A DNA stretch of 64,000 bases. It comes from an uncultured delta proteobacterium. GTDB taxonomy: Bacteria; Desulfobacterota; Binatia; DP-6. The position numbers were made by a program, and so were the translations under genes. Shown piece after piece: positions 28,283-40,668 of this stretch (its first letter is position 1; every line of letters begins with the position of its first letter). Location of the stretch: NCBI GenBank assembly GCA_963815115.1, contig CAWFFN010000009.1:960001-1024000 (forward strand), given 5' to 3'. Below the pieces are notes generated by a model. That model ran no database searches. It was given only the letters and a program-made list of their open reading frames with translations, and was not told the origin of the DNA.

Positions 28283-29311
28283 TCACGACGCGTCACGCAT
28301 GCTCGCGAGGATTGCTCGACGCGGCAGCGGCAGCAGGCCGTCCGCCGCTTCCACCGCCGCTCCGTCCGCGGCGACGCGCGCCTCGCCGTCGATCGCGAGC
28401 GTCGCCCCGTCGCCGAGCCACACCGCGCCAGCGATGTCGAGACGCGCTGCGCTCGCGACTCGGATGCCTGCGGATGCGACAACCACGCCACTAAACTCGA
28501 ATGTTCCGGTGATGTCGAGGAGCCCGTCGACGAAGAGCAGGCCCTGGCCGCGGCCGAGCGACGCGACGTGCAGGTCGCCGGCGATCAGGGTCAGGGCGAG
28601 CGGCGGTGTGCCGGCTGCGACCAGCGTGCCGCCGGGTGCCGCCCCGGCGGCACGCGCGCGCGCCGCGAGCTCCGCCAGCGGAGGCGGTGGCACGCGCAGC
28701 GGCGACCTTGCGGGCGGAGGCACGACGACGGAAGCGGCACGTCCGGTGAGCCACGCGTCGAGCGTCGTGGGGTCGGCGGGTGCGGCGAGCGGAGCGAGCG
28801 GCGACGCTGGTCGTGCGGCGTCCGCTCCGGAGAGCGTGAGCGAGCCGTGAACGTCGTCGAGGCCGGCGGTGTCGGAGAGCCAGAGCAGGGCAGGGACGCC
28901 CGCCTCCGGCGAGCGTCCGACGACCGCGTCGACGGTGCGCCGCCCTCCGCCAGCGGTCGCCTCTATCCTCAGCACGGCACGTGCGGGATCGAGGGGACCC
29001 GGCGCCGCGCTCACCACTGCCGCGCAGCCAGCCGGGGCTGGCCGGCCGCCGTCGTCGGCCGTTCCGGCCACGCCGTCCGGCCCGAGGACGAGCGCATCGA
29101 AGCGCCAGCCCGCCGGCAACCCCGACACGACCTCTGCCGCGCACCCGTCGGCGGCGGCAAGGGCAGCGGCGGCCGATTCGCGGTTGCGGGCAAGCAGGAT
29201 CTCCGTGCGCGCGAGCGTGGACAGCGATGCCGACACGATCGCCGCAACGGCAACGATCGCCAGTGCCGCCGGCAACGCGGAGCCGCGCCGGGAGCGCCGC
29301 GGCCCCCTCAT
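28283..29311 (-). CDS. pilX: PilX/GspK-like minor pilin
   Basis: RRG|SALPAALAIV class III signal lacking Glu5; ATGA overlap with pilW; beta-rich C-terminus. Confidence 0.7.
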   Translation of the reverse strand: MRGPRRSRRGSALPAALAIVAVAAIVSASLSTLARTEILLARNRESAAAALAAADGCAAEVVSGLPAGWRFDALVLGPDGVAGTADDGGRPAPAGCAAVVSAAPGPLDPARAVLRIEATAGGGRRTVDAVVGRSPEAGVPALLWLSDTAGLDDVHGSLTLSGADAARPASPLAPLAAPADPTTLDAWLTGRAASVVVPPPARSPLRVPPPPLAELAARARAAGAAPGGTLVAAGTPPLALTLIAGDLHVASLGRGQGLLFVDGLLDITGTFEFSGVVVASAGIRVASAARLDIAGAVWLGDGATLAIDGEARVAADGAAVEAADGLLPLPRRAILASMRDAS

Positions 29312-29889
29312 CGAGCCCCCCGCAATGCGACCTCGGCACGTCGGACCGCGGGCGCACCGCCCTGCGCGGTCTCCACCGCCAGATCGAGGACCACGCGCCG
29401 GACCCGTGCCCGATCCGCCGCAGAGAGCTCGGCCATCCCCGCGGCAATCTCGACACCGTCGTCGTCGAGGTAGAGGAGCTCGCAGCGTGCGAGGGGCGCT
29501 GCGATGGGCAGCGACTGCGCTCCGATGACGCGGGAGAGGCGGGACGGGGACGCCGCGCAGACCCAGCGCGTGACCTCCTCGGATGCCGGGTCGACCGTGC
29601 CGTCCGCGTCGAGATCGGCGGCGAGCGTGAGCTGGTCGGTCCCCGCAGCCTGCAGCGGGTCGATGCCGACGCCGGCCGGATCGAAGCCCGCTCGGCGCAC
29701 GTCGAAGCGGAACGCCTCCACCGCCAGCTCGGCCGTGTCCTCCACCTCGGCCCGGCCGCCCAGCGAGCCGAGCAGGCGCGCCGCCGCTGCCACCGCGCCC
29801 ACGCAGGCGCCGAGCACCAGCAGCGCGAGGGCGGAGCCGACCAGGAGCTCGACCAGGGTTACGCCGCGGCAGCCGGCGCGCGCGCTCAT
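29308..29889 (-). CDS. pilW: PilW-like minor pilin
   Basis: CRG|VTLVELLV prepilin motif, DVRRAGFDP. Confidence 0.75.
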   Translation of the reverse strand: MSARAGCRGVTLVELLVGSALALLVLGACVGAVAAAARLLGSLGGRAEVEDTAELAVEAFRFDVRRAGFDPAGVGIDPLQAAGTDQLTLAADLDADGTVDPASEEVTRWVCAASPSRLSRVIGAQSLPIAAPLARCELLYLDDDGVEIAAGMAELSAADRARVRRVVLDLAVETAQGGAPAVRRAEVALRGAR

Positions 29890-30215
29890 GGGAAGGCTCC
29901 ACTCTCGAGCTCGACGCGACCGCCGGGCCATGTGACCTCGACGTGGAGGCGATCGGCGCCTCCGCGGCCGTCGTCCACCTGCCACGCCCGGGAGAAGCGG
30001 GTACCTGTGCTCTCCACCTCGTCCGCGTCGCTGGCACGCGGACCGGCACGGAGACCCTCCAGGCGAGCGGCGGCGAGCTCGAGCGCGCAGACGCGGTCGC
30101 GTGCCAGACGCACGTGGGACACGCTGGCCGCAGCAGCCGCGGTGAGGGCGGCCAGCGCGATCGCCGTCAGCATGAGCCCGACGAGCGCCTCGACGACGGA
30201 AAAGCCCGCCCTCAT
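29886..30215 (-). CDS. pilV: PilV-like minor pilin
   Basis: RAG|FSVVEALV, short, VEVTW motif. Confidence 0.75.
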   Translation of the reverse strand: MRAGFSVVEALVGLMLTAIALAALTAAAAASVSHVRLARDRVCALELAAARLEGLRAGPRASDADEVESTGTRFSRAWQVDDGRGGADRLHVEVTWPGGRVELESGAFP

Positions 30216-30634
30216 TGGACGCGAACCCGACCGCGCTGATTGACCACCACGCGGCGGAGCACGCCACCGGCGCCGAGGATCACGGTGGCGTTGTCCGCGG
30301 TGCCGATCGCGCTGAAGCGAACGCGACGGTTCGCGGGAAGGCCGGCGAAGGTGACGCCGGGCGGGAGCACCTCCCGCGCGATCGAGGGGCCGTTTGGCTC
30401 CTGCATCTCCCAGCGGTTGCCGCCTTCGTCGAAGAGGATCTCGACGGGACCGCCGCGCTCGAGGGCTCGTCCGCGCGCCTGCCGGAGCGCGGCCGACAGC
30501 CGATGGGCGGTACCGCTGAGCCGCACGCCGGCCATGATCTCCGGCACCCGGAGCGCTCCGCTACCGGCGATCGTCGCCAGCAGCGCGAGACAGACGACAA
30601 GCTCGAGCAAGCTGGCTCCCTGCATGCGAACCAT
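30212..30634 (-). CDS. fimT: FimT/FimU (GspH-like) minor pilin
   Basis: MQG|ASLLELVV, LRQARGRAL, C-terminal VVVNQRGRVR; GGAGG RBS before ATG 30634. Confidence 0.78.
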   Translation of the reverse strand: MVRMQGASLLELVVCLALLATIAGSGALRVPEIMAGVRLSGTAHRLSAALRQARGRALERGGPVEILFDEGGNRWEMQEPNGPSIAREVLPPGVTFAGLPANRRVRFSAIGTADNATVILGAGGVLRRVVVNQRGRVRVQ

Positions 30635-30682
30635 CTGCACCTCCGCGGGCGGGAGGATTGCCGTGGGCGAATTGGTGGAACT

Positions 30683-31576
30683 TCAGCCGGGGCGCACCCA
30701 CGTCCACGGCAGGGTGACCCCTGGAACGAAGAGCGCGACCGCGGCGCCCAGCGCCAGGAAGGGGCCGAACGGAATGGCGGTCCGGCGTGCGGCACGCCTC
30801 CAGTGCACCGCGACCGCCGTCGTCCCGAGCACGCGCCGCACCCTGCGCGCCGCCTCGCGACCATGGCGGTTGAGAAGCACCGTCAGCCCGGCGAAGGTTC
30901 CGGCCAGCGACGCCACCACGAGCACCACCGGGATCGCCTGCCAGCCGAGGAACGCGCCGATCATGGCGAGCAGCTTGGCGTCGCCGAGTCCAAGACCCTC
31001 GACCCCGGTGGCACGCTCGTAGGTGGCGGCCACCGCCCAGAGGAGTCCCCCGCCGAGGCACACTCCCGCGAGGGCATCCCACAGGCTCGCACCACCGGGG
31101 ATCAGCGCCGACGCGGCGAGGCCCACGAGTATGCCAGGCAGGCTGACCGCATCTGGAATGATGAGGTGATCGAGGTCGACGACGGAGATCAGGAGGAGGG
31201 CCGCCGTGAAGGCGAACGCGACCACTCCCCATGGCGTGGATCCGAAGCGCGCCAGCGAGAGCACCGCCAGAATGCCCGTCGCCGCCTCGACCAGCGGATA
31301 GCGGGCGGAGATGGACGCGCCGCAGCTCCGGCAGCGCGCACGCAACCAGAGCCAGGACAGGAGCGGCACGTTGTCGTACCACGCGATCGGGGCGGCGCAG
31401 GCCGGACAACGGGATCCCGGCCACACCACCGATTCCTCCCGCGGCAGCCGGCGGATGCAGACGTTGAGGAAGCTCCCGACGCTCAGCCCGATCAGGAAGG
31501 CGACAGGGTAGAGGGTCCAGTCGCCGGCGCGGGCAGCGTCGGGAGGCGGCGGCATGCGGTGCGCTGTGCCTTTCAC
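30683..31576 (-). CDS. pilD: prepilin peptidase/N-methyltransferase
   Basis: GSFLNVCIRRLP, CPAC...CRSC, RYPLVE, GLGDAKL, IPFGPFL. Confidence 0.95.
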   Translation of the reverse strand: MKGTAHRMPPPPDAARAGDWTLYPVAFLIGLSVGSFLNVCIRRLPREESVVWPGSRCPACAAPIAWYDNVPLLSWLWLRARCRSCGASISARYPLVEAATGILAVLSLARFGSTPWGVVAFAFTAALLLISVVDLDHLIIPDAVSLPGILVGLAASALIPGGASLWDALAGVCLGGGLLWAVAATYERATGVEGLGLGDAKLLAMIGAFLGWQAIPVVLVVASLAGTFAGLTVLLNRHGREAARRVRRVLGTTAVAVHWRRAARRTAIPFGPFLALGAAVALFVPGVTLPWTWVRPG

Positions 31577-31625
31577 GGCTAGCAGCTCCCTTCAACGGGT
31601 CAGTCACGACGGGAGCGCGGGCGCA

Positions 31626-32018
31626 TCAGGTGGCGGCGCAGACGAGGTTCGGGTTGCCGGGTCCCGGATTGCTCGTGTAGGTGCACTGGAAGTTGGGAGC
31701 ACCCGCATGCGTGCCGGTGATCGTGAAGCTCGTCGCGTTCCCGGTGCAGGTGAGATTGACGCCATCGGATTTGGTGAAGCCGGGCAGCGCGGTGCAGTCG
31801 CTCGCATAGGCGTTCGTCTCCGCGAAATATGCTTCCTCGGCGGTGGCGGCGTTGCGTGAGTCGGACTCGATGCGTGCCCGAAACGCCCGCTCGCGATAGG
31901 CCCCGAACTGCGGGATGGCGATCGCTGCCAGGATGCCGATGATCGCCACCACCACGAGGAGCTCGATCAACGTGAAGCCCGCCGTCCGTCGCCAGTATCC
32001 TCTCCTCAGCTCACGCAT
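31626..32018 (-). CDS. pilA: type IVa major pilin (116-aa mature)
   Basis: AG|FTLIELLVVVAIIGILAAIAIPQF; AAAGGAG RBS. Confidence 0.93.
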   Translation of the reverse strand: MRELRRGYWRRTAGFTLIELLVVVAIIGILAAIAIPQFGAYRERAFRARIESDSRNAATAEEAYFAETNAYASDCTALPGFTKSDGVNLTCTGNATSFTITGTHAGAPNFQCTYTSNPGPGNPNLVCAAT

Positions 32019-32057
32019 CCCAATGTCTCCTTTGCTGTGCGGCAAGACGGCGCGCGC

Positions 32058-33191
32058 TCACCCGAGCACGGCGCCGAGCCGGAAGATGGGCAGGTACATC
32101 GACACCACGAGGCCGCCGATCACGACACCGAGAAACAGCATGAGCGCGGGCTCGAGCAGGGCGAGCAGGTTCGACGCCGCCGTGTGGACCTCGTCGTCGT
32201 ACAGGTCGGCGACGCGCGCGAGCATGACGTCGAGCGTCCCGGTGGCTTCGCCGACCGCGATCATCTGGCGGACCATCGGCGGAATCGCCGGGCTCTCGCC
32301 GAGGGGCTGAGCCAGGCTGCGTCCTCGCGCGAGGCTTGCCCGCGCACGGGCGAAGGCGTCCTCGATGGTCCCGTTGCCGGCCGTGCGGGCGGCAACGTCG
32401 AGCGCGTCGAGGATCGCGACCCCGGATGCGACGAGCGTGCCCAGCGTCCGGACGGCCCGTGCCACGGCGGCCTTGCCGAGGAGGTCGCCCAGGACCGGGA
32501 CGCGTAGCACCCAGCGGTCCCGCAGCTCCCTTCCCGCTGCGGTCGTGCCCGCGACGCCGAGCGCTGCCCCGGAGCCGACGGCCGCGGCGCCGAGGAGCAA
32601 GGCATGCGCGCGCAGCGAGTTCGACAGGCCGAGGACGAGCCGCGTCGGTGCCGGCAGCTCGGCGCCGAAGCTGGCAAACGTGCCGGCGAATACCGGAACC
32701 ACCCAGACCAGCAGGATCGCGCTCACCACGAACGCCGCCGCGACCACGCAGGCCGGGTAGGCCAGTGCGCCCAGGACGGTGCGCCGGAGCCGGGCGGATT
32801 GCTCGAGATGCGCCGCCAGGCGGTGCAGGACGGCGTCGAGGACGCCGGCCAGCTCTCCCGCGCGCACGAGGCTCGCGTACAGCGGGGGGAAGACTCCCGG
32901 ATGGCTCTCGACGGTTTCCGCGAGGGCGCTGCCCGCGGCCACGCGCTGCGCGAGATCGCGTAGCGTCCGGCGCAGGATCGTCCCCTCGGCCTGCTCGGCG
33001 AGCAGGTGGAGGCCGTGCACGATGGGCAGCCCGGCACCGACCATGGTCGCGAGCTGGCGGGTGGTGACCGCGAGCGCCCGCGAGCTCACACGGCGGCGGA
33101 GGACCGCGCGCCACGGCGGCTGGACATCTGCAGTTGGGGTGCTCGCCCCCGTCGTCTCGAGCGAGCGGACCTGCGCCAGATCGACGGCCAT
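32058..33191 (-). CDS. pilC: type IV pilus inner-membrane platform protein
   Basis: TRQLATMVGAGLP, AGELAGVL, ALAYP, VGEATGTL, MYLPIF. Confidence 0.93.
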   Translation of the reverse strand: MAVDLAQVRSLETTGASTPTADVQPPWRAVLRRRVSSRALAVTTRQLATMVGAGLPIVHGLHLLAEQAEGTILRRTLRDLAQRVAAGSALAETVESHPGVFPPLYASLVRAGELAGVLDAVLHRLAAHLEQSARLRRTVLGALAYPACVVAAAFVVSAILLVWVVPVFAGTFASFGAELPAPTRLVLGLSNSLRAHALLLGAAAVGSGAALGVAGTTAAGRELRDRWVLRVPVLGDLLGKAAVARAVRTLGTLVASGVAILDALDVAARTAGNGTIEDAFARARASLARGRSLAQPLGESPAIPPMVRQMIAVGEATGTLDVMLARVADLYDDEVHTAASNLLALLEPALMLFLGVVIGGLVVSMYLPIFRLGAVLG

Positions 33192-33226
33192 TGGAGTGCT
33201 CCTTGAGCGTTTTCTTCGAGTGCTTC

Positions 33227-34300
33227 TCAGCGGCCCACGGCCGGCTCGAGCTGCCGGCGAAGCTCGTCCGGCTCGATCGCGCGAGCCATGGCTTCCTCCG
33301 GCGTGACCACGTCGCGCTCCACGAGCGCCACCAGCGCGCGGGTCATGGTCTGCATGCCCGTCGCGCCCTGGGCGAGCTGCATCTGCGAGTACACCTGGTG
33401 CGTCTTCTCCTCGCGGATGAGATTGCGAATGGCGGGTGTGGCGACCATTACCTCGGCGGCGAGCGCCCGTCCGGTGCCGTCGCGCCGGCGAACGAGCTGC
33501 TGCGCGATCACCCCCTGGAGCACGAGCGACAGCTGGGCGCGCACCTGAGCCTGCTGGTGAGGTGGGAAGGCGTCGACGATGCGGGTGATGGTCTGAACGG
33601 CCGAGCCGGTGTGCAGGGTGGAGAGGACGAGATGGCCGGTCTCGGCGACGGTGAGCGCGGCCTCGATGGTCTCGCGGTCGCGCATCTCGCCGACCAGCAC
33701 GACGTCGGGGTCCTGGCGCAGCACCTGCCGCAAGGCTCGCGCAAAGCCGCCGGTGTCGCTCGCGAGCTCGCGCTGGGTCACCAGGCAGCGCCTGGGCTCG
33801 TGCAGGAACTCGATCGGATCTTCGAGGGAGACGATGTGACCGCGCCGCTCGCGATTCACGTGATCGACGAGGGCGGCGAGCGTGGTGCTCTTGCCGCTGC
33901 CCGTGGCCCCGCTGACCAGTACGAGGCCCCGCGGCTTGCAGGCGAGCCCGGTGACCACCGGGGGCAGCCCGAGGCTGTCGAGCCCGGGAGGGTCGGCGGG
34001 GATCACGCGGAAGGCGCCACCGACGGTCCCGCGCGTGAAATAGAGGTTGCCACGGAAGCGGGCGAGTCCGGGGAGGGCAACGGCAAAATCCAGCTCGCGC
34101 TCGCTCTCGAATCGGCGGCGCTGGTCCTCGCCGAGGAGGCCGTAGCACAGCGCCCGTGCCTCGGCGCGCGACAGCGGCGGGTGCTCGAGCGCGAGCAGCT
34201 CGCCGTGAACGCGCAGGAAGGGTGGGCTGTCGGCCGTCACGTGGAGGTCGGACGCGTCACGGGCGACCGTCTCGTGGAGGAGGGGGTCGATGGTGCGCAT
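33227..34300 (-). CDS. pilT: type IV pilus retraction ATPase
   Basis: ASDLH, GATGSGKSTT, LRQDPDVVLVGEMRD, AIRNLIRE signature. Confidence 0.95.
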   Translation of the reverse strand: MRTIDPLLHETVARDASDLHVTADSPPFLRVHGELLALEHPPLSRAEARALCYGLLGEDQRRRFESERELDFAVALPGLARFRGNLYFTRGTVGGAFRVIPADPPGLDSLGLPPVVTGLACKPRGLVLVSGATGSGKSTTLAALVDHVNRERRGHIVSLEDPIEFLHEPRRCLVTQRELASDTGGFARALRQVLRQDPDVVLVGEMRDRETIEAALTVAETGHLVLSTLHTGSAVQTITRIVDAFPPHQQAQVRAQLSLVLQGVIAQQLVRRRDGTGRALAAEVMVATPAIRNLIREEKTHQVYSQMQLAQGATGMQTMTRALVALVERDVVTPEEAMARAIEPDELRRQLEPAVGR

Positions 34301-34427
34301 CGGCGGCGATGAAGCAGCGTGCGTGCCAGCGCGCGACGCGCGTGATGACGGCCGCTCCGGGCTTCGCGCGGGGCTCGATCGCAACGGAGTCGCAGCGCCA
34401 GCGCTTCGCGTGTTGCGCCGTGCGGGC

Positions 34428-36107
34428 TCAATCGGCCGGCGTGATGCGGAGGACCTCCTCGACGCTGGTCGCGCCGCCGGCGGCGAGCGCGAGACCGGCC
34501 TGGCGGAGGGTGCGCATGCCGGCGGCACGGGCGACCCGCCGCAGCTCCAGCGTGCTCGCGCCGGCGACGAGGCCGTCGCGCAGTGCATCGCCGAGGGGCA
34601 GCAGCTCGTAGACGGCGGCGCGACCGCGGAAGCCGGTTCCTCCGCAGGCCGTACAGCCCGTCCCCTGGCGCGTCGCGAACGGCGCGCCGTCCCAGCCAGC
34701 GGCGCGCAGCGCAGCGAGCGGCAAGGGGTGATCGCGCGCGCAGGAGACGCAGACCAGACGCGCCAGGCGCTGTGCCACGACCAGGGTCAGCGAGGCAGCG
34801 ACCAGGAAGGCCGGGATGCCCATGTCGAGCAAGCGCGTCATCGCGGACGGCGCATCGCCGGTGTGCAGCGTGGACAGGACCAGATGTCCCGTCAGCGCGG
34901 CCTTGACCGCGATGTCCGCCGTCTCGAGATCGCGGATCTCGCCGACCATGACGACGTCCGGGTCCTGACGCAGGAATGCACGCAGGGCGGTGGCGAAGGA
35001 CAGGCCGATGTCGTCCCGCGTCTGCACCTGATTGATGCCGTGCAGCGGAAATTCGATCGGGTCCTCGGCGGTGCAGATGTTGATGATGGGCGTGTTGAGC
35101 TCGGCGAGCGCCGCATAGAGGGTCGTGGTCTTGCCGCTGCCGGTGGGCCCCGTGACCAGCACCAGGCCGCACGGGCGTGCGATCGCCGTGCGCAGCTCGT
35201 GCAGCGCGCTCTCCTCGAAGCCGAGCGTCCCCAGATCGCTCTGCAGGTGCGTGCGGTCGAGGATGCGCAGCACCAGCTTCTCGCCGAAGGCGGTCGGCAG
35301 CGCGGAGATCCGGACGTCGGTCTCCGAGCCATCGGGTGACCGGAAGCGCAGGCGACCGTCCTGGGGCAGCCGGCGCTCGGCAATGTCGAGCTGGGCGAGG
35401 ACCTTCAAGCGCGTGGCGATGGCGCTGTGGAAGGCCAGGGGTGGCTGCATCACCTCGCACAGCACGCCATCGATGCGGAAGCGTATGCGGAGCGCGCGCT
35501 CGTAGGGCTCGATGTGGACGTCGCTCGCGTGCCGCCGGACGGCCTCGGCCAGGAGCGCGTTCACCAGCCGGACGACGGGGGCCTGCTCGCTCGCGGCCAG
35601 TGGCTCGCGGAGAGGATCGTCGTCCACGGCGTCTCCGGGATGCGCGGGGCCGAGCTGGGACAGCGCATCGGCCAGCGGCGACGGCGCCCCGTAGAGGCGC
35701 TCGATCGCCGCGTGCACCGACGTCGGGCTCGCCGCGGCGATGCGCACGTCGCGCCCGGTCAGGAACTTCACCTCGTTCACCGCCGACGGATGGGCCGGAT
35801 CCACCATCGCCAGCGTCAGCGTGCCTCGGTCGAGCGCGATCGGCACCAGCTCGTGCCGGCGTGCCAGGGTGTGCGGTACCGTCTCGATGGCGTCGCTCGC
35901 GACGTCGGCGCTGCGCGGATCGACGACCGGGAGCCGGTACTCCGCCGCCACCAGGGCGACGAGCCGGTCCTCGTCGACCAGACCGAGCCGGACGAGATGC
36001 GTGGCCAGCGCGCCGCCGTGCTCGCGTTGCGCCGCGAGCGCCGGCGCGAGCTGGTCGTCGGTGAGCGCGCCGTGCCGCCGCAGGAGGTCTCCGAGCCTGG
36101 AGGTCAT
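34428..36107 (-). CDS. pilB: type IV pilus assembly ATPase
   Basis: ASDVHIEP, ERRLPQDG, GPTGSGKTTT, LRQDPD, CxxC...CxxC, N-terminal RLG (MshEN-like). Confidence 0.95.
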   Translation of the reverse strand: MTSRLGDLLRRHGALTDDQLAPALAAQREHGGALATHLVRLGLVDEDRLVALVAAEYRLPVVDPRSADVASDAIETVPHTLARRHELVPIALDRGTLTLAMVDPAHPSAVNEVKFLTGRDVRIAAASPTSVHAAIERLYGAPSPLADALSQLGPAHPGDAVDDDPLREPLAASEQAPVVRLVNALLAEAVRRHASDVHIEPYERALRIRFRIDGVLCEVMQPPLAFHSAIATRLKVLAQLDIAERRLPQDGRLRFRSPDGSETDVRISALPTAFGEKLVLRILDRTHLQSDLGTLGFEESALHELRTAIARPCGLVLVTGPTGSGKTTTLYAALAELNTPIINICTAEDPIEFPLHGINQVQTRDDIGLSFATALRAFLRQDPDVVMVGEIRDLETADIAVKAALTGHLVLSTLHTGDAPSAMTRLLDMGIPAFLVAASLTLVVAQRLARLVCVSCARDHPLPLAALRAAGWDGAPFATRQGTGCTACGGTGFRGRAAVYELLPLGDALRDGLVAGASTLELRRVARAAGMRTLRQAGLALAAGGATSVEEVLRITPAD

Positions 36108-36141
36108 CGTCCGTGCGGGCGGGCGCACGGACGCTACGGGC

Positions 36142-36999
36142 TCAGGGCCGCCGGGGCAAGGTGAGGCCCGCAGTACGGAGCGCCAACGCCATCGCGGCGA
36201 GCGGCGCGGGTCGCTGCGTCCAGGCTTCGAAGGCGAGGGCGCCCTGGTGGAGCAGCATGGCGGCTCCGTCGAGCGTGGGCCGCCCGGCCCGGGCCGCTGC
36301 GCGCAGGAAGGGCGACGGGACCGCGCCGTAGACCAGGTCCACGAAGAGGCAGCGGCGCGGCGTCGCTCCGACGTGCACCGCGAGCGAGCGTCCGGCGAGG
36401 CCGACTGGCGTCGTATTGACGACCAGTCGAGCACCCTCCAGCGGCGTCCCGCGCCGGAGCGCCTCCAGCGCCACGACCTGGACGCCGGGCGCACCGAGCT
36501 GGCGTAGTCGCTCCGCCAGCGCCTCGCCGCGTGCGCGCGTACGGTTTGCCACTACGATGTCGCGGCAGCCCGCCGCGACGAGGCTCGCGCCGGCGGCACG
36601 GGCGCTTCCCCCCGCTCCGACGAGCACGACCCGGGCGCCGGCGAGCCGGACGTGCCCGCGGAGCGCGCGGGCGAAGCCACGCGCGTCGGTGTTGTCGCCG
36701 ACGAGCCGTCTTCCCCGGGCGATGATCGTGTTCACGGCGCCGATCCGCTCGGCTTCCTCGCTCAGCGTGTCGAGCAGGGGAAGCGCTTCCTCCTTCAGCG
36801 GGACGGTGAGATTGAGGCCGCCGATGCCGAGGCGGCGCGCCTCGAGGAGGGCGCGCCCCAGCTCCGCCGGGCTCACGCGCCAGCGCAGGTAGAGATGGGG
36901 CAGCGCGCAGGCTGCGAAGCCCGCGTTGTGCATCGCGGGCGAGAGCGAGTGGTCGACGGGGTCGCCGAGGACGCCAAAGAGACGGGGCTGGACGGGCAC
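36142..36999 (-). CDS. aroE: shikimate dehydrogenase
   Basis: GDPVDHSLSPAMHN, NLTVPLK, GAVNT, NTD, GAGGSAR, MLLHQG. Confidence 0.96.
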   Translation of the reverse strand: MPVQPRLFGVLGDPVDHSLSPAMHNAGFAACALPHLYLRWRVSPAELGRALLEARRLGIGGLNLTVPLKEEALPLLDTLSEEAERIGAVNTIIARGRRLVGDNTDARGFARALRGHVRLAGARVVLVGAGGSARAAGASLVAAGCRDIVVANRTRARGEALAERLRQLGAPGVQVVALEALRRGTPLEGARLVVNTTPVGLAGRSLAVHVGATPRRCLFVDLVYGAVPSPFLRAAARAGRPTLDGAAMLLHQGALAFEAWTQRPAPLAAMALALRTAGLTLPRRP

Positions 37000-39780
<2,781 letters not shown>

Positions 39781-39814
39781 GGATCCTCCTCGCCCGACGA
39801 AAGGGGGTGCGAAG

Positions 39815-40579
39815 CTAGCGGAGGGCGGTGGGGGAATCAACGCGCGTCCGCGCGAGGAACCCGCGCGAGCGCACCGGCCCGGACGTCACCGACGCCAGCA
39901 GCTCCTCGGTGACGCGCGCAGCCTCCGAGGAGGCGGCACCGGACGCGGAGGCCCGGTCCAGCGGCTCGACGCCGAGACGCGTGAGCAGCGCGGCGATCTC
40001 CGGGGCGACGGTGTGAACCGGCTCGCCGACCGGGACGCATCGGCGGCACAGCAGGCCACCGCGCTCCACGACGAGGTAGAGCGGCGCGTCGGCCGGTATG
40101 CCGCAGCCGCGGCAGCGATCGAGCGCGGGCGCCCAGCCGCTCGCCCGCAGGAGATGCATCTCGACGGCGCGCAGCAAGGCGTCGGGCTCGGCGCCGCCGG
40201 CGAGCAGACGGAGGGCGTCGCGCACCAGGCGGTAGACGTCGACACCGGATTCGCGCCCGAGCACCATGCGATCGGTGAGATCCAGGACGTAGCTGCCGGC
40301 GGCGAAGCGATCGAGGTCCGCGGTGAGACCCCGCAGCGCCTCCAGCAGCTCGCAGCGCACCAGGAAGGCCAGGTCCGACGCAGGACGGACCCGGAAGACG
40401 ACGCGCACGTGGACGAAGGGTTCGAGCGTACCCGCGAAGCGGCGCCGCGAGTTCTTCGCTCCCTTGGCGATGCCGGTCACCTTGCCGTGCTGCTCCGTGA
40501 TGAAGGTGACGATACGGTCCGACTCACCGTACGCGCGGGCGCGGAGCACGAAGGCCGGAGTGGCGATCTCGTCGGGCAC
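39815..40579 (-). CDS. recO: DNA repair protein RecO
   Basis: [29 protein letters not shown]...CRRC zinc finger. Confidence 0.93.
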   Translation of the reverse strand: MPDEIATPAFVLRARAYGESDRIVTFITEQHGKVTGIAKGAKNSRRRFAGTLEPFVHVRVVFRVRPASDLAFLVRCELLEALRGLTADLDRFAAGSYVLDLTDRMVLGRESGVDVYRLVRDALRLLAGGAEPDALLRAVEMHLLRASGWAPALDRCRGCGIPADAPLYLVVERGGLLCRRCVPVGEPVHTVAPEIAALLTRLGVEPLDRASASGAASSEAARVTEELLASVTSGPVRSRGFLARTRVDSPTALR

Positions 40580-40668
40580 GGGCTGGCCAGGGCGCAGGTA
40601 CCACCGCTGCCCGTCGCCCGCAACTCGCGGCCTGGTCGCACATCGCCCAGCGTGATGGAGTGCCGCGC

